DNA of 64,000 bases from Chlamydiia bacterium (GCA_022601595.1 JAJACI010000001.1:66536-130535); one strand, 5' to 3'; shown: positions 10,009-19,772, counted from the first letter of the stretch. Made by a program: numbers and translations. Notes: generated from the sequence alone by a model not told the origin.

Positions 10009-10179
10009 ATGAAAAATTTAACAAAATTAGCAGTTTTCGGACTGGTTGCAGCAATGTGTTTAGCATGTGGTAACGAAGGCCATGGCCGTAAAAAATGTAG
10101 AAAAACTACCCATTCTAGAAAATGTAAATCTTGCACTGCGTTTGTAGAAACAGCTACGCAGTCTTATAAAATTTCTTAA
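10009..10179 (+). CDS. Small putative lipoprotein (56 aa, basic, Cys-rich)
   Basis: Below the ORF-track length cutoff. MKNLTKLAVFGLVAAMCLACGNEG... has a signal peptide plus a lipobox (L-A-C). GAGG lies upstream of the ATG. Confidence 0.5.
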   Translation: MKNLTKLAVFGLVAAMCLACGNEGHGRKKCRKTTHSRKCKSCTAFVETATQSYKIS

Positions 10180-10193
10180 TAAGGAGAAAAATA

Positions 10194-10343
10194 ATGAAAA
10201 AACTAATGTTATTTAGTATCTTAAGTGCTTTTTGCCTATCTCTTACCTCATGCGGTATGATGGATAAAAAAGATAAGAAAGATAAGAAACACTCACCTCC
10301 ATCGCATAGAAGATACCATTCAGAACTTGTGTCAGAGGAATAG
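10194..10343 (+). CDS. Small putative lipoprotein (49 aa, Lys-rich)
   Basis: MKKLMLFSILSAFCLSLTSCGMMDKKDKKDKK... has a signal peptide plus a lipobox (L-T-S-C). A perfect TAAGGAGA SD lies 6 nt upstream. Confidence 0.5.
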   Translation: MKKLMLFSILSAFCLSLTSCGMMDKKDKKDKKHSPPSHRRYHSELVSEE

Positions 10344-10390
10344 CGGCTGCAGGCGCTATGAGAGTATAGAAATGTCAGTTTCTAACGACT

Positions 10391-10423
10391 ATAACCTTTC
10401 TGAATAGAGAGGTTATTTTTTTT
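10391..10423 (+). terminator. Rho-independent terminator after the two small lipoprotein ORFs
   Basis: 10-bp stem ATAACCTTTC / GAGAGGTTAT with a 6-nt loop, followed by a T8 run. Confidence 0.55.
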
Positions 10424-10432
10424 GCAAAAAAA

Positions 10433-10528
10433 TGCCGGAGACTTCTTATAACAAAAGCTACTTGCTTAAGGCTGCTACCTTCCGGTCCTGACCTGGTTCA
10501 CAAGGCTTATTCTATAAGGTCCCCAGCA
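10433..10528 (-). ncRNA. ffs: Signal recognition particle RNA (4.5S-type)
   Basis: The minus strand reads ...GUGAACCAGGUCAGGACCGGAAGGUAGCAGCC..., near-identical to the universally conserved SRP domain IV core (ACCAGGUCAGGUCCGGAAGGAAGCAGCC in E. coli 4.5S). The 5' and 3' ends pair (GGGGACCUUAUAGA with UAUAAGAAGUCUCC). A T7 run follows on the minus strand. Ends are approximate. Confidence 0.75.
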
Positions 10529-10579
10529 AAAAAAATCATATCACACAAGAGCATTCTATTCAATTGTTATGTTAGGTGT

Positions 10580-10746
10580 TTAAGGAGACTCTGATAAACT
10601 ACACTTTTTAGAATCTTTTCAGATTTTTTGAAATAAATTCTATTTTGGAGAAAGCGGCATCCCTGTAGGGATGGGGCGCCACGAAAAATAGGATTTATAA
10701 GAAATCTGGGAGATTATAAAACTGTCCGTTTTTCAGAGTCTCCTAA
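10580..10746 (+). mobile_element. MITE-like palindromic element, subfamily A, copy A2
   Basis: TTAAGGAGACTCTGATAAACTACAC ... GTTTTTCAGAGTCTCCTAA with central CATCCC-TGTA-GGGATG. Its right end supplies the TAG stop of 10743..12926. Confidence 0.9.
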
Positions 10747-12926
10747 TAACGAATAGCACTTCTAGGTACAGGAGGGAATAGCTGTTTAACAAATGAGAGA
10801 ATTTTCGGATGAAAATTAGATAGAGTTTTTGCCCATGTGGGTATATCTTCCCCAAGCTCACCTGTAATATCTGGGTTTTGGTCTAGTTTTAAAACACCTG
10901 TGTCAATCAACAGTAGTTTGATAAAATCTTTTTCAGTGCATAATTTACCTCTAAGTTTTGATCTTATATCCTTTTTCCAACTCTCAAATCTCTTGCTGAA
11001 TGAAGGGGACTGCCGCACTTCGTATTGAATTCTAGCAATCATCAATTCAGGGTTAAAGAAACGGTGTGATGGAGGTGTAGCGGTTGGATCCACTATGGAA
11101 TCTATAATAGGTGGTAGTACTCCATATTTCATATAATCAAAAAGATTCATGTGTTTTATGTTCGCGTTTGGATTAAAGTGTTTATTAACATTATCTATTC
11201 TTATTGCATTCTTATTTACATGAACATCGTTAGAGAGCTCTTTCCCTAGCGCTGCCCCTATTTGGAAAGTCCCTAGATACATTGATTGCTGCTCATTGAA
11301 TACTTTAAGTAGGTAATAAATTTGGTTTTTAAGCGTATCACTTTTATTTTCAGTAAAATAGTTTATTTGGAGGGCAAGGTTCCTTATAGATTCGCTGACA
11401 CCGGTATTGCAAAAATTGCATTTTTCTATGAGTTTTGTCATACGGAAAAGAGCGTTTCTGGTTTCATCATTGTTTATATTATTTTTAATACAATCAAAAA
11501 TAAAGGTGATTTGCTTTTTTAAAACATTTACATCAATCAGCCCTCCTTGTGTAAAAGTTCCAGATTCAAGTTGATCTAGTAAGCCTTCGAATTTCAAAGT
11601 AAAATACTTTTCGTAATACTCTTTTTCCTCTTGAAAAAACTCTTTAACCTTATTTATATCTTTTATTTTAGCTATAGATTCTTGATGTATATTAAGCTGG
11701 TTGATGGCTTCTTGTTTTTTGGCTCTGAATGTAGGTCGTTGTGCTATTGGTGAATTATTTATCCATTCTTCAGTGAGACCTTTGTATCTGCTCCATTGAG
11801 CAAGCTTAACATCAGTAAGACCAATGGTTTGTTTATAGAGCTCTATTAGATGAGCGTCTTGAGATATTTCTCCATTCCATGCCCGTTTTAGCAGTTCTAT
11901 TTTTTCTATTTCTTCGCTGTTAAGGTCATCTTGACTTTGGTAGAGAGCAAGCATTCTGTTAAAATAGTCATCATTAGGTAGCTTGGTCTTAAAATTTGTT
12001 ATAAATTGTTTAAATTCAGTACGAAGTTCAGATACAGATCTAGCTTTTGTCTCTTCGTATGCGGTATAATCTTTAGGGATTGCTGCGTAGTGAGAGGTAT
12101 TAATAATTAATGGCTGACTTCGATCTTTTATAAAAGTATCAAACGACGAGTTGTCTGTATGATGTAAGAGCGTTTGGGTATCAAGGGCGTAGGGGAGATT
12201 TCCTGTTATAAGCTGCGTCCACTTCTGCGTTAGATAAGGAATATCAGAGGAGCTAAGACGGAGTGCTAGAAAGTAAATTTTTCCTAATTTACTAGAATTA
12301 TAAAATGAATTGTACATAATAGTAGTTGATATAATTGATGCAATAATAGACATGGCATTATTAAATACTTTTGTTGTTTTATCAGGAAGAAGTGTTGTGT
12401 TATTTCTAATAATACGAATACTCATTAAACAGACTCCTAATGCAGGTGCAAAGGTTAACCCAGCATTAAAAAAAGAGATATAAACAGCAAGGGAGGCCAC
12501 TTTGCCTGCTGTATCTAAAATAGAATCCATATGTTTTGTAACCGGTCTGATAAAGTCTAGAGTTGGTTTTATGGGTTCTAATATGGGTTTTAATTTAGGT
12601 AGAAATTTAAGACCCATCTTTACATACGCCTCTTTATTGATTTTACCCAATATATAAAGAGCTGTTGGAATACTTTGAAAAAGTAGTCTAGCACCTGTGA
12701 AACGGATAGGACGTTTGGTTGTGATTAGGTCAAAAAGTAACCCTTGTGTAAAAAAAAAGTATGTTACACAGGTAATAGGGTTCCCCCCCGTTTCTTGTGC
12801 CTCTTGTTCATTTCTAGAGAAATATAGACCTGACGCATAGAGAGCTGGACGATTGTTTGTTTGAACAGAATTTTTTAACGCTTTCCAATCAAACTCTTTT
12901 AGATAATTATTTACTCCAGCAATCAT
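10743..12926 (-). CDS. Hypothetical large protein (727 aa), hydrophobic N-terminal third, soluble helical remainder
   Basis: Long ORF with no family recognised. Contains G7 and T9 homopolymers near the 5' end. The stop lies in the element A2 terminus. Confidence 0.7.
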   Translation of the reverse strand: MIAGVNNYLKEFDWKALKNSVQTNNRPALYASGLYFSRNEQEAQETGGNPITCVTYFFFTQGLLFDLITTKRPIRFTGARLLFQSIPTALYILGKINKEAYVKMGLKFLPKLKPILEPIKPTLDFIRPVTKHMDSILDTAGKVASLAVYISFFNAGLTFAPALGVCLMSIRIIRNNTTLLPDKTTKVFNNAMSIIASIISTTIMYNSFYNSSKLGKIYFLALRLSSSDIPYLTQKWTQLITGNLPYALDTQTLLHHTDNSSFDTFIKDRSQPLIINTSHYAAIPKDYTAYEETKARSVSELRTEFKQFITNFKTKLPNDDYFNRMLALYQSQDDLNSEEIEKIELLKRAWNGEISQDAHLIELYKQTIGLTDVKLAQWSRYKGLTEEWINNSPIAQRPTFRAKKQEAINQLNIHQESIAKIKDINKVKEFFQEEKEYYEKYFTLKFEGLLDQLESGTFTQGGLIDVNVLKKQITFIFDCIKNNINNDETRNALFRMTKLIEKCNFCNTGVSESIRNLALQINYFTENKSDTLKNQIYYLLKVFNEQQSMYLGTFQIGAALGKELSNDVHVNKNAIRIDNVNKHFNPNANIKHMNLFDYMKYGVLPPIIDSIVDPTATPPSHRFFNPELMIARIQYEVRQSPSFSKRFESWKKDIRSKLRGKLCTEKDFIKLLLIDTGVLKLDQNPDITGELGEDIPTWAKTLSNFHPKILSFVKQLFPPVPRSAIRY

Positions 12927-13004
12927 GATAAATCCTAAATTTCTTTAATTTCTTTAGGGCAATTATATTAAGTTATGATGAAAAAAACAATAAAATTTAA
13001 CGGT

Positions 13005-16000
13005 CTAATTTAGATAATTGGCGATCAAAGCCTTTTTTCTGTTAAAAATTTCTTTAAAAGGTCCTTTATCAACTATTTTACCGCCATCTGATCCGCCGCC
13101 CGGGCCAAGGTCTATGATATAGTCGCTATTTGCAATAATATCAGTATTATGTTCGATGATCCATATTCCATGCCCTTTTAGAAGGAGGGTATCAAATAAT
13201 TTTAATAACAGCTCGGTGTCTGTAAAATGTAATCCAGTAGTTGGTTCATCAAAAACATATAGCGTATGTCCAAGATCTTTTTGTGTTAGCTCTTTGGTGA
13301 TCTTTAGGCGGGAGGCCTCTCCTCCGGATAATGTTTTTACTCGTCTATTTAACGTTAAGTGATCAAGCCCGGTATCTTTCATAAGAGCTAATGCTTTTGT
13401 AATTTTGGAAAGGGGAGGAAAGAGCATCCTAGCTTTTTCTACATCAGATTGTAAAAGTTCAGAGATGGAGAGCCCTTTATATTTGATAGAGAGGCTTAGG
13501 GGGTTTAATCGCAAACCATTACATGAGGAGCAGGTGAGCTTTACAGGGGGTAGAAAATGGAGATCTATCCATTCATGGCCGTGCCCTTTGCACCTTTTAC
13601 AATGTCCTAAGGGGCTATTAAAGCTAAAGTGTCCAGCTTTTAATCCTTTTATTTTGGAATCAGGAAGGGCAGCAAAAAAAGTCCTTAAAGGAGATAGTAT
13701 ATCTAAAAAGGTAGAAATATCAGATCGTGAGGAGAGAGAGACAGGAGTTTGGTTGATATGTAATATTTTGGATAGTACCTTACAGTTATCGATCACCCCA
13801 TCTTTTTTAGTAAGCTTGTTTAGCGGCTTTCTCCTTTTAAGATTTTCTGAAAGGCGCTCGTATAAGAGATCTATCACTAAAGAGGTCTTTCCTGCGCCAG
13901 AGACACCTGTAAAAGAGGTTATACCATCTAAAGGAATGTCGATACAAAGGTTTTTAATGTTGTGAATCGTAGCCTTTTCTAACAAGAGGAAGTTTGTAGC
14001 AGAGATAGCTTTTGTTTCTCTTTTAAGGATTTTCTTTTTTGAAAGGTAAGGGCCTGTTACAGAATTTTTATCTTTCAGAATCTGTTTATAAGAACCTTGG
14101 AATACAATCTCTCCACCATTTTTACCGCATAGAGGACCAAAGTCAATGATCTGATCAGCAATTTCCATGGTAAGAGGGTCGTGCTCAACAATAAGCAAGG
14201 TGTTGCCTCGCTCTTTCATTTTCAAAAGGGATTTATTTAGCAGTTCATTATTTACTGGGTGGAGGCCAATTGTAGGCTCATCAAGTATATAGCAGGCGCC
14301 TGTTAACTCTTTATGAAGCTCTTTAGAGAGGCGAAGGCGCTGTAATTCACCGGTAGAAAGGGTTCTTGTCATTCGGTTCAAAGAGAGGTAGCCAAGCCCT
14401 ATTTCATTTAAAAAAGATAGTGTGGAAAGTAGTTTTTCTAAAGGCTCTTTTATGCGGTCTGTCTTTTTGATTTTTTTTGCAAAGACTTGCGCTTCAGTAA
14501 GAGAAAGGGCGCATAAACTAGGAAGAGAAAGATTTTCCACAAGGACATTGGATGCAAGCGGGTTTAGCCTCCCTCCCTTACATTCAGGGCAAATTTCTTC
14601 ATTGCCACATCCAAAATAGGCGTACATCTCTTCATCAACATCGATCAAGATGCCAAGGCCGTGGCAATAGTCACACATACCATCTTTATGGTTAAACGAA
14701 AAGGTGTGGTGGGTGATCTTTGGGTAAGATATGCCTGTTTCTTTTACGGAAAAAGAGAGGTTGAAATACTGCTCTTTATCTTCTGTGATAAGGATCACTT
14801 CATCATCAGAGTATTTTACCGCAAGATCGATTCCTGCTATCAACCTTTTTTGTACAGACGGCCCTATAACTAGACGGTCGATAACCAGCTCTAAAGTGTT
14901 TTTTCGTAGCCGTCTATAGGGAATCTCCTCGTCAAGTTCATAGAGCTTTTTATTGAGCCTAATTCTTAAAAATCCACTGGCTAAAAATCTCTCCTTCCAT
15001 TCCTCAAAATTAGAAATTTCAGAGGTATTGATAGGGGCTAAAATGGTAAGCTTTGTTTTTTCAGGGAGATGTACATACTGACTTGCAATATATTCACTGG
15101 TAATTTGCACAATGGGATGGTGAGTATCTGGGCAATATGCCACTCCCTCATGTGTGTATATCAACCTTAGGTGGTCATATGTCTCTGCCATCGTCCCCAA
15201 GGTACTTCTTGGGTTCATACTACGCATCCTTTGCTCTATAGCAACGGTTGGAGAAAGGTTTTCTATTTTCCCATATTTTGGCTTGGGCATAGCTTTTACA
15301 AAACGCCTGGTAAAAGGGGGGAGTGTCTCTACAAACCTTCTTTGCGCCTCTGCAAAAATGGTGTTATAAGCAAGACTTGTTTTGCCTGATCCGGAAGGCC
15401 CTGCAAAAACGGTGATCTTCTCTTTGGGTATTTCAAGAGATAGGTTTTTCAGATTGTGCTCACATGCGCCTGTGATTACAATATTCTTTTCCTTTTCCTT
15501 TCTTACCACTTGTGTTTCTACCTGAGCTTTTTCACCAGCAAGCGCTGCTTTTATAAAAGGCGCTGTGGGAGAATTTTGTTTAGCTACCTGCTCTGGGGTA
15601 CCACATGCCATCACTTTACCACCGCCCGTTCCCCCCTTGGGCCCCAGATCAATCACATAATCACATGTTTTCACAAGATCCATGTTATGCTCAATGACAA
15701 GGATGCTATTTCCCGCATCAACCAGCTCGTGAAGGATAAGAAGGAGCTTTTGTATATCGTAAAAATGGAGACCTGTTGTGGGCTCATCAAGAATATATAA
15801 TGTCTGAGAGCTTTTCTTTTTAAGAAGTTCGCAGGCAAGCTTTACCCTTTGCGCCTCTCCACCTGATAAAGTAACCGCAGACTGTCCGAGGGTAATATAG
15901 CCAAGCCCCATTTGAAAAAGGAGGGAAAGTTTTTTATGAATAGAGGGGATCTCTGAAAAGAAGGTGCTACTTTCATCAATCGACATATCTAAAACATCGG

Positions 16001-18377
16001 AAATATTTTTCCCTTTATACGTGACAGATAGCGTCCCTGCATCAAACCTCTTTCCTTTACACTCCTCACATTCCACCCAGACATCTGCTAAAAAATCCAT
16101 GTCTACTTTAATAGATCCATTACCGCTACACCCTTTGCACGAACCTTCTTTGACGTTAAAGCTAAAGCGTCCATCTGTAAAACCTGCAGCCTTTGCCGCG
16201 GGGAGGGAGGCAAAAAACTTCCTGATATCTGTAAACACCCCAACATAGGTTGCAGGGTTCGACCTGGGCGTTCGCCCTATAGGCGATTGATCAATAGATA
16301 CCACTTTCTGAATAAGATCTTCACCGGTAATACTTTTGTTCTTACCAACAGATAAAGAAGTCTTGTGCAGCTTGTTGTTCAAATAGGGATAGAGCGTTTC
16401 GGAAATCAAAGAAGATTTTCCTGAACCAGAAATGCCTGTTACTGCAACCATTACATTTAGAGGTATGGTTAGGTTTACCTCCTTTAGGTTGTGATGTGAG
16501 GCCTTTTCTATTTTTATCCCCTTTGTAAGATCTATTTTCCGTCTCTTTGGTATGGAGATGGTCTCTCTTCCCGAAAGGTAGTTTGCGGTGATAGAGTTCT
16601 TTTCCTTTAAAAAGGCATCTCTTTTTCCATTGTATAACACCTCTCCGCCACCTTTGCCAGCAAGCGGACCAATATCTACAATAGAGTCGGAGGCAAGAAT
16701 CGTCTCCTCATCATGCTCTACGATGATAATGGTGTTGCCCAGCGCCTGAAGCGCTTTTAACGTTTTAATAAGTTTTAAGTTATCGCTAGGATGCAGACCA
16801 ATAGAGGGCTCATCTAAAATATACAATACATCGGTTAAAGACGATCCAATAAGCCCTGAAAGACGTACACGTTGTGCCTCTCCACCTGATAGCGTGGGAG
16901 AGGTTCTGTCGATAGTAAGGTAGGGGAGGCCTACATCTATTAAAAATGCTAATCGCGATTCTATTTCTTTGATAATTTCTTCAGCGACCACTTTTTGATC
17001 TTTGGTAAGCTTTACCTTTTTTATCTTGCTTAAAAAATCTTCTACCGAAAGCGAGGACCACTGCGCAATGGTCAGCCCATCAAATTGTGCCGCTGCCGGA
17101 TAGCTTTTTAATCGAGAACCTTTACAATCGGGGCATGAAAAGATGTCCATTAAATCGTGCATCTTCTTTTTATACAGAGCAGTGGATGACTCATTGATAC
17201 GATCTTTAGCAATGTTTATCGCCCCTTTCCACTCCACATAATCAGACCACTTATAGCCGGTGTCGGGATGAGTGAATTTCATCTTTACCCACTTCTCTTC
17301 GGTGCCATATAAAAAGATCTGCTTTGCCTTCTCAGAAAGTTTCTTCCACGGAGTGGTAAGCTTAAAGCCATAGATTTTAGCAAGATTTTTGAAGATATTT
17401 CCCCACTTTACCGTGTTATAATGGGGGGCAATAGAGCAACAATCTTCTGAAATACTTTGATCTTCATCTATAATTTTTTCAAGATCAAAATCCTCACATA
17501 TGCCAAGGCCTTTGCACCTGGTGCACATTCCTTTTGGATGGTTAAAAGAAAAATCTTCACTTTCTAATGTTTTATAGTAGATCCCTGATTTAGGGGAAAA
17601 GCTAAATAAAGAGTAAACACGTGTTTCTCCTAAAGAAGGAACAAGCAAAGAGAAAACCCCATCGCCAACACGTAAGGCATGAGCGGTTGCCTCATCAAGC
17701 CTTGTGCTATCATCTTTGGTGATAATACACCTGTCTATGACAATATCGATATCATGAGCTTTTTCTTTATCCAAAGTGGGTATCTCTTCACTCAAGTCAT
17801 AAAAATCCCCATCTATATAGAGTCGATAAAAACCCTTTTTTTGTAACCCTTGCATGTCATCTTTAAACGCGCCTTTTTTCCCTTTTGCAAAGGGAGCTAA
17901 AAATATAGCTTTTATCCCTTCACCTAATGAAACAATACTCTCTTTGATCTCTTTTTCGGTGGCAGGGGCTACCTTTTCGCCGCTGACCGGACAATATGGG
18001 ACGGCAAGATGGGCATATAAAAGCCTTAAATGATCATAGATATTGGTAATCGTTCCAACCGTGGAGCGCGGATTATGAGAGAGGGTCTTCTGCTCAATTG
18101 CAATAGTGGGAGGTAACCCTGAAATGATTTTTGCATCAGGAGATTTTAGCTTGCCTATTCCCCGTCTTGCACTTTTAGACAAGGAGTCAATATACCTTTT
18201 CTGCCCCTCAATAAACAAAGTGTCAAAAGCAAGCGACGATTTTCCTGATCCAGAGACTCCTGTAAAAGCAATCATCTCTCCAATAGTCAAGGAAAGATCG
18301 ACCCCTTTAAGGTTGTGGACCGTCACCCCTTTCAAGGTAATTTTTCTCTCTTTTTTCATAGCAACAGTATTAAGCAA
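13005..18377 (-). CDS. uvrA: Excinuclease ABC subunit A, internally duplicated long form (1790 aa)
   Basis: Four ABC ATPase modules (GVSGSGKSS, GISGSGKSS, GPSGSGKTS, GVSGAGKTS Walker A; repeated LSGGE signatures) and zinc-finger CxxC pairs. A ~1.8-kaa UvrA is characteristic of Chlamydiae as far as I recall. Confidence 0.95.
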   Translation of the reverse strand: MLNTVAMKKERKITLKGVTVHNLKGVDLSLTIGEMIAFTGVSGSGKSSLAFDTLFIEGQKRYIDSLSKSARRGIGKLKSPDAKIISGLPPTIAIEQKTLSHNPRSTVGTITNIYDHLRLLYAHLAVPYCPVSGEKVAPATEKEIKESIVSLGEGIKAIFLAPFAKGKKGAFKDDMQGLQKKGFYRLYIDGDFYDLSEEIPTLDKEKAHDIDIVIDRCIITKDDSTRLDEATAHALRVGDGVFSLLVPSLGETRVYSLFSFSPKSGIYYKTLESEDFSFNHPKGMCTRCKGLGICEDFDLEKIIDEDQSISEDCCSIAPHYNTVKWGNIFKNLAKIYGFKLTTPWKKLSEKAKQIFLYGTEEKWVKMKFTHPDTGYKWSDYVEWKGAINIAKDRINESSTALYKKKMHDLMDIFSCPDCKGSRLKSYPAAAQFDGLTIAQWSSLSVEDFLSKIKKVKLTKDQKVVAEEIIKEIESRLAFLIDVGLPYLTIDRTSPTLSGGEAQRVRLSGLIGSSLTDVLYILDEPSIGLHPSDNLKLIKTLKALQALGNTIIIVEHDEETILASDSIVDIGPLAGKGGGEVLYNGKRDAFLKEKNSITANYLSGRETISIPKRRKIDLTKGIKIEKASHHNLKEVNLTIPLNVMVAVTGISGSGKSSLISETLYPYLNNKLHKTSLSVGKNKSITGEDLIQKVVSIDQSPIGRTPRSNPATYVGVFTDIRKFFASLPAAKAAGFTDGRFSFNVKEGSCKGCSGNGSIKVDMDFLADVWVECEECKGKRFDAGTLSVTYKGKNISDVLDMSIDESSTFFSEIPSIHKKLSLLFQMGLGYITLGQSAVTLSGGEAQRVKLACELLKKKSSQTLYILDEPTTGLHFYDIQKLLLILHELVDAGNSILVIEHNMDLVKTCDYVIDLGPKGGTGGGKVMACGTPEQVAKQNSPTAPFIKAALAGEKAQVETQVVRKEKEKNIVITGACEHNLKNLSLEIPKEKITVFAGPSGSGKTSLAYNTIFAEAQRRFVETLPPFTRRFVKAMPKPKYGKIENLSPTVAIEQRMRSMNPRSTLGTMAETYDHLRLIYTHEGVAYCPDTHHPIVQITSEYIASQYVHLPEKTKLTILAPINTSEISNFEEWKERFLASGFLRIRLNKKLYELDEEIPYRRLRKNTLELVIDRLVIGPSVQKRLIAGIDLAVKYSDDEVILITEDKEQYFNLSFSVKETGISYPKITHHTFSFNHKDGMCDYCHGLGILIDVDEEMYAYFGCGNEEICPECKGGRLNPLASNVLVENLSLPSLCALSLTEAQVFAKKIKKTDRIKEPLEKLLSTLSFLNEIGLGYLSLNRMTRTLSTGELQRLRLSKELHKELTGACYILDEPTIGLHPVNNELLNKSLLKMKERGNTLLIVEHDPLTMEIADQIIDFGPLCGKNGGEIVFQGSYKQILKDKNSVTGPYLSKKKILKRETKAISATNFLLLEKATIHNIKNLCIDIPLDGITSFTGVSGAGKTSLVIDLLYERLSENLKRRKPLNKLTKKDGVIDNCKVLSKILHINQTPVSLSSRSDISTFLDILSPLRTFFAALPDSKIKGLKAGHFSFNSPLGHCKRCKGHGHEWIDLHFLPPVKLTCSSCNGLRLNPLSLSIKYKGLSISELLQSDVEKARMLFPPLSKITKALALMKDTGLDHLTLNRRVKTLSGGEASRLKITKELTQKDLGHTLYVFDEPTTGLHFTDTELLLKLFDTLLLKGHGIWIIEHNTDIIANSDYIIDLGPGGGSDGGKIVDKGPFKEIFNRKKALIANYLN

Positions 18378-18390
18378 GTTGCCTTTTTAG

Positions 18391-18451
18391 TAAAGATGAC
18401 TCTCATAAACTCATGCTTTTAAAAGAGTCACCTTTGGCGACTCTGATAAGC
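18391..18451. repeat. Mini/degenerate B-type element remnant upstream of uvrA
   Basis: TAAAGATGACTCTCATAAACTCATGC...AAAAGAGTCACCTTT forms the GACTCT/AGAGTC inverted pair of the B-type terminus (compare 62831-62895). It is followed by GCGACTCTGATAAGC. Confidence 0.45.
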
Positions 18452-18554
18452 AAGCTCGTATAAAGAGTTCAAAAAATTATTTAAAAAGCTCTGGTGATAA
18501 ATTTTTTGTTAACGTATAATGTGTGTTTGATAAACAATAAAAAGAGGTGCAGCT

Positions 18555-19007
18555 ATGGAGAAAACGAACTTAAATGAGCATATTACTTATCAAGACGAAG
18601 AAAGCCAAAATGGCTTTGCTAATGCTGGTGCTTATTTTTTTGTAGATGCCACCTATGAAGATAAAGTCACAAAAGAGATTGCAGGTTTAAAAATGTGTAT
18701 AGCAACGACTCAGACATTGGAGAGACCCAGGAGAAACTTGTGGCACATTATCCAACATATATTTACCTGCACCTCATGTACAGAAGATGTAAGGGTGGTC
18801 TTACCTGTAAGAAGATGGGACAAACAAATCACACACTTAAGTAGTCTATTACAAATATTGAAATTAAGGGTGATTCAGTTGAATCAAACCGCTTCTCAAG
18901 CGCGCGAAAACAAACCCCGGGATTCTTTTGGTAGAGACTATACTCATGTCTATCTTTCTTTTCCATATGATAAAGGGAGAAATAGTTCTGAAACGCTACA
19001 GGGATAA
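18555..19007 (+). CDS. Hypothetical protein, member of local paralogue family (N-module only)
   Basis: AGAGGTG SD. The N-terminal module (ITYQDEESQNGFANAGAYFFVDATYE...NLWHIIQHIFTC) parallels 19773..20213 and 20210..20995. Confidence 0.6.
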   Translation: MEKTNLNEHITYQDEESQNGFANAGAYFFVDATYEDKVTKEIAGLKMCIATTQTLERPRRNLWHIIQHIFTCTSCTEDVRVVLPVRRWDKQITHLSSLLQILKLRVIQLNQTASQARENKPRDSFGRDYTHVYLSFPYDKGRNSSETLQG

Positions 19008-19008
19008 A

Positions 19009-19431
19009 ATGGTTATGCAGTTTATTCATTTAGAAGATCGATATGTAAACTATGAAAATAAAGATGAATTAGAAGTTTACATTCGCCAAGGCTTATCTCT
19101 TGAAATAGATATAAATCAGGTGCGCAAGATTGTGACAAGTTTACAACACATCAAGTTTTCCAGAGCGAGGTTTTCCTCTATAATAAAGAGAAGGCGCCAG
19201 AGTATTAGAGTTCGACAAAGCGTCACTTGTCTAGGCATAAAAAAATCAGAAAGAAATCTGATGAGAAATTTAGATGATAGAATTCATTGTATAGAGACTT
19301 TGATAAAGTCGCTGAATAAAGCAATAGATAAATTACGATGTAGATCCTTAAGGCATCGAACGAGACTAGAGAAAAAAAAGGGAAGCAAGCTAATGATAAC
19401 AAAAGTTTTTGTCACCTTTAGGAACCTCTGA
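19009..19431 (+). CDS. Hypothetical protein, C-module of the local paralogue family (split from 18555..19007, or frameshifted)
   Basis: The ATG at 19009 is 1 nt after the upstream TAA. QFIHLEDRYVNYENKDELEVYI...ITKVFVTFRNL parallels FVHLDNKNALKQEV...VAKVFVQYREKHL in 20210..20995. The stop TGA lies inside the element B1 terminus. Weak SD. Confidence 0.45.
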   Translation: MVMQFIHLEDRYVNYENKDELEVYIRQGLSLEIDINQVRKIVTSLQHIKFSRARFSSIIKRRRQSIRVRQSVTCLGIKKSERNLMRNLDDRIHCIETLIKSLNKAIDKLRCRSLRHRTRLEKKKGSKLMITKVFVTFRNL

Positions 19432-19584
19432 AAAACTCATGCTGAATAATTAGTCCAGATTTCTTATAAATGAGATTTTTCGCGGCGGTCCAGCCCTACA
19501 GGGCTGAGCCTTACTCCAAAAACCAATTTATTCGAGCAATCTGAAAAAATTATTGAAACCAGCAGTTATTCAGAGTCTCCTTTA
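19418..19584 (+). mobile_element. MITE-like palindromic element, subfamily B, copy B1
   Basis: TTAGGAACCTCTGAAAAACTCATGCTGAATAATTAGTCCAG ... ACCAGCAGTTATTCAGAGTCTCCTTTA with central CAGCCC-TACA-GGGCTG. It is the reverse complement of 41582-41747. Confidence 0.9.
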
Positions 19585-19772
19585 GAGCTCAAATAGAAGA
19601 AGCGGGTAAACAATTGAATTTGACAGGGTAAAGCTCTAAGTGTTAGAGTGTAAAGTTTTTTATTGAAAATAACCTTTGGATTAAAATTATAAATAGGTTA
19701 TGTTTTTTTTACATTAAGATAAAATTATACGCGCGTAAAATAAACGGCATTTAGACAAAAAGGGGGGAAAGG

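Noticed and set aside
13156-18390. About ten ORFs of 60-190 aa on the plus strand inside the uvrA region (for example 13405..13965 and 15456..15800).
   Set aside because: All are antisense shadows within the single uninterrupted 1790-aa uvrA frame. They have no SD sequences or recognisable motifs.
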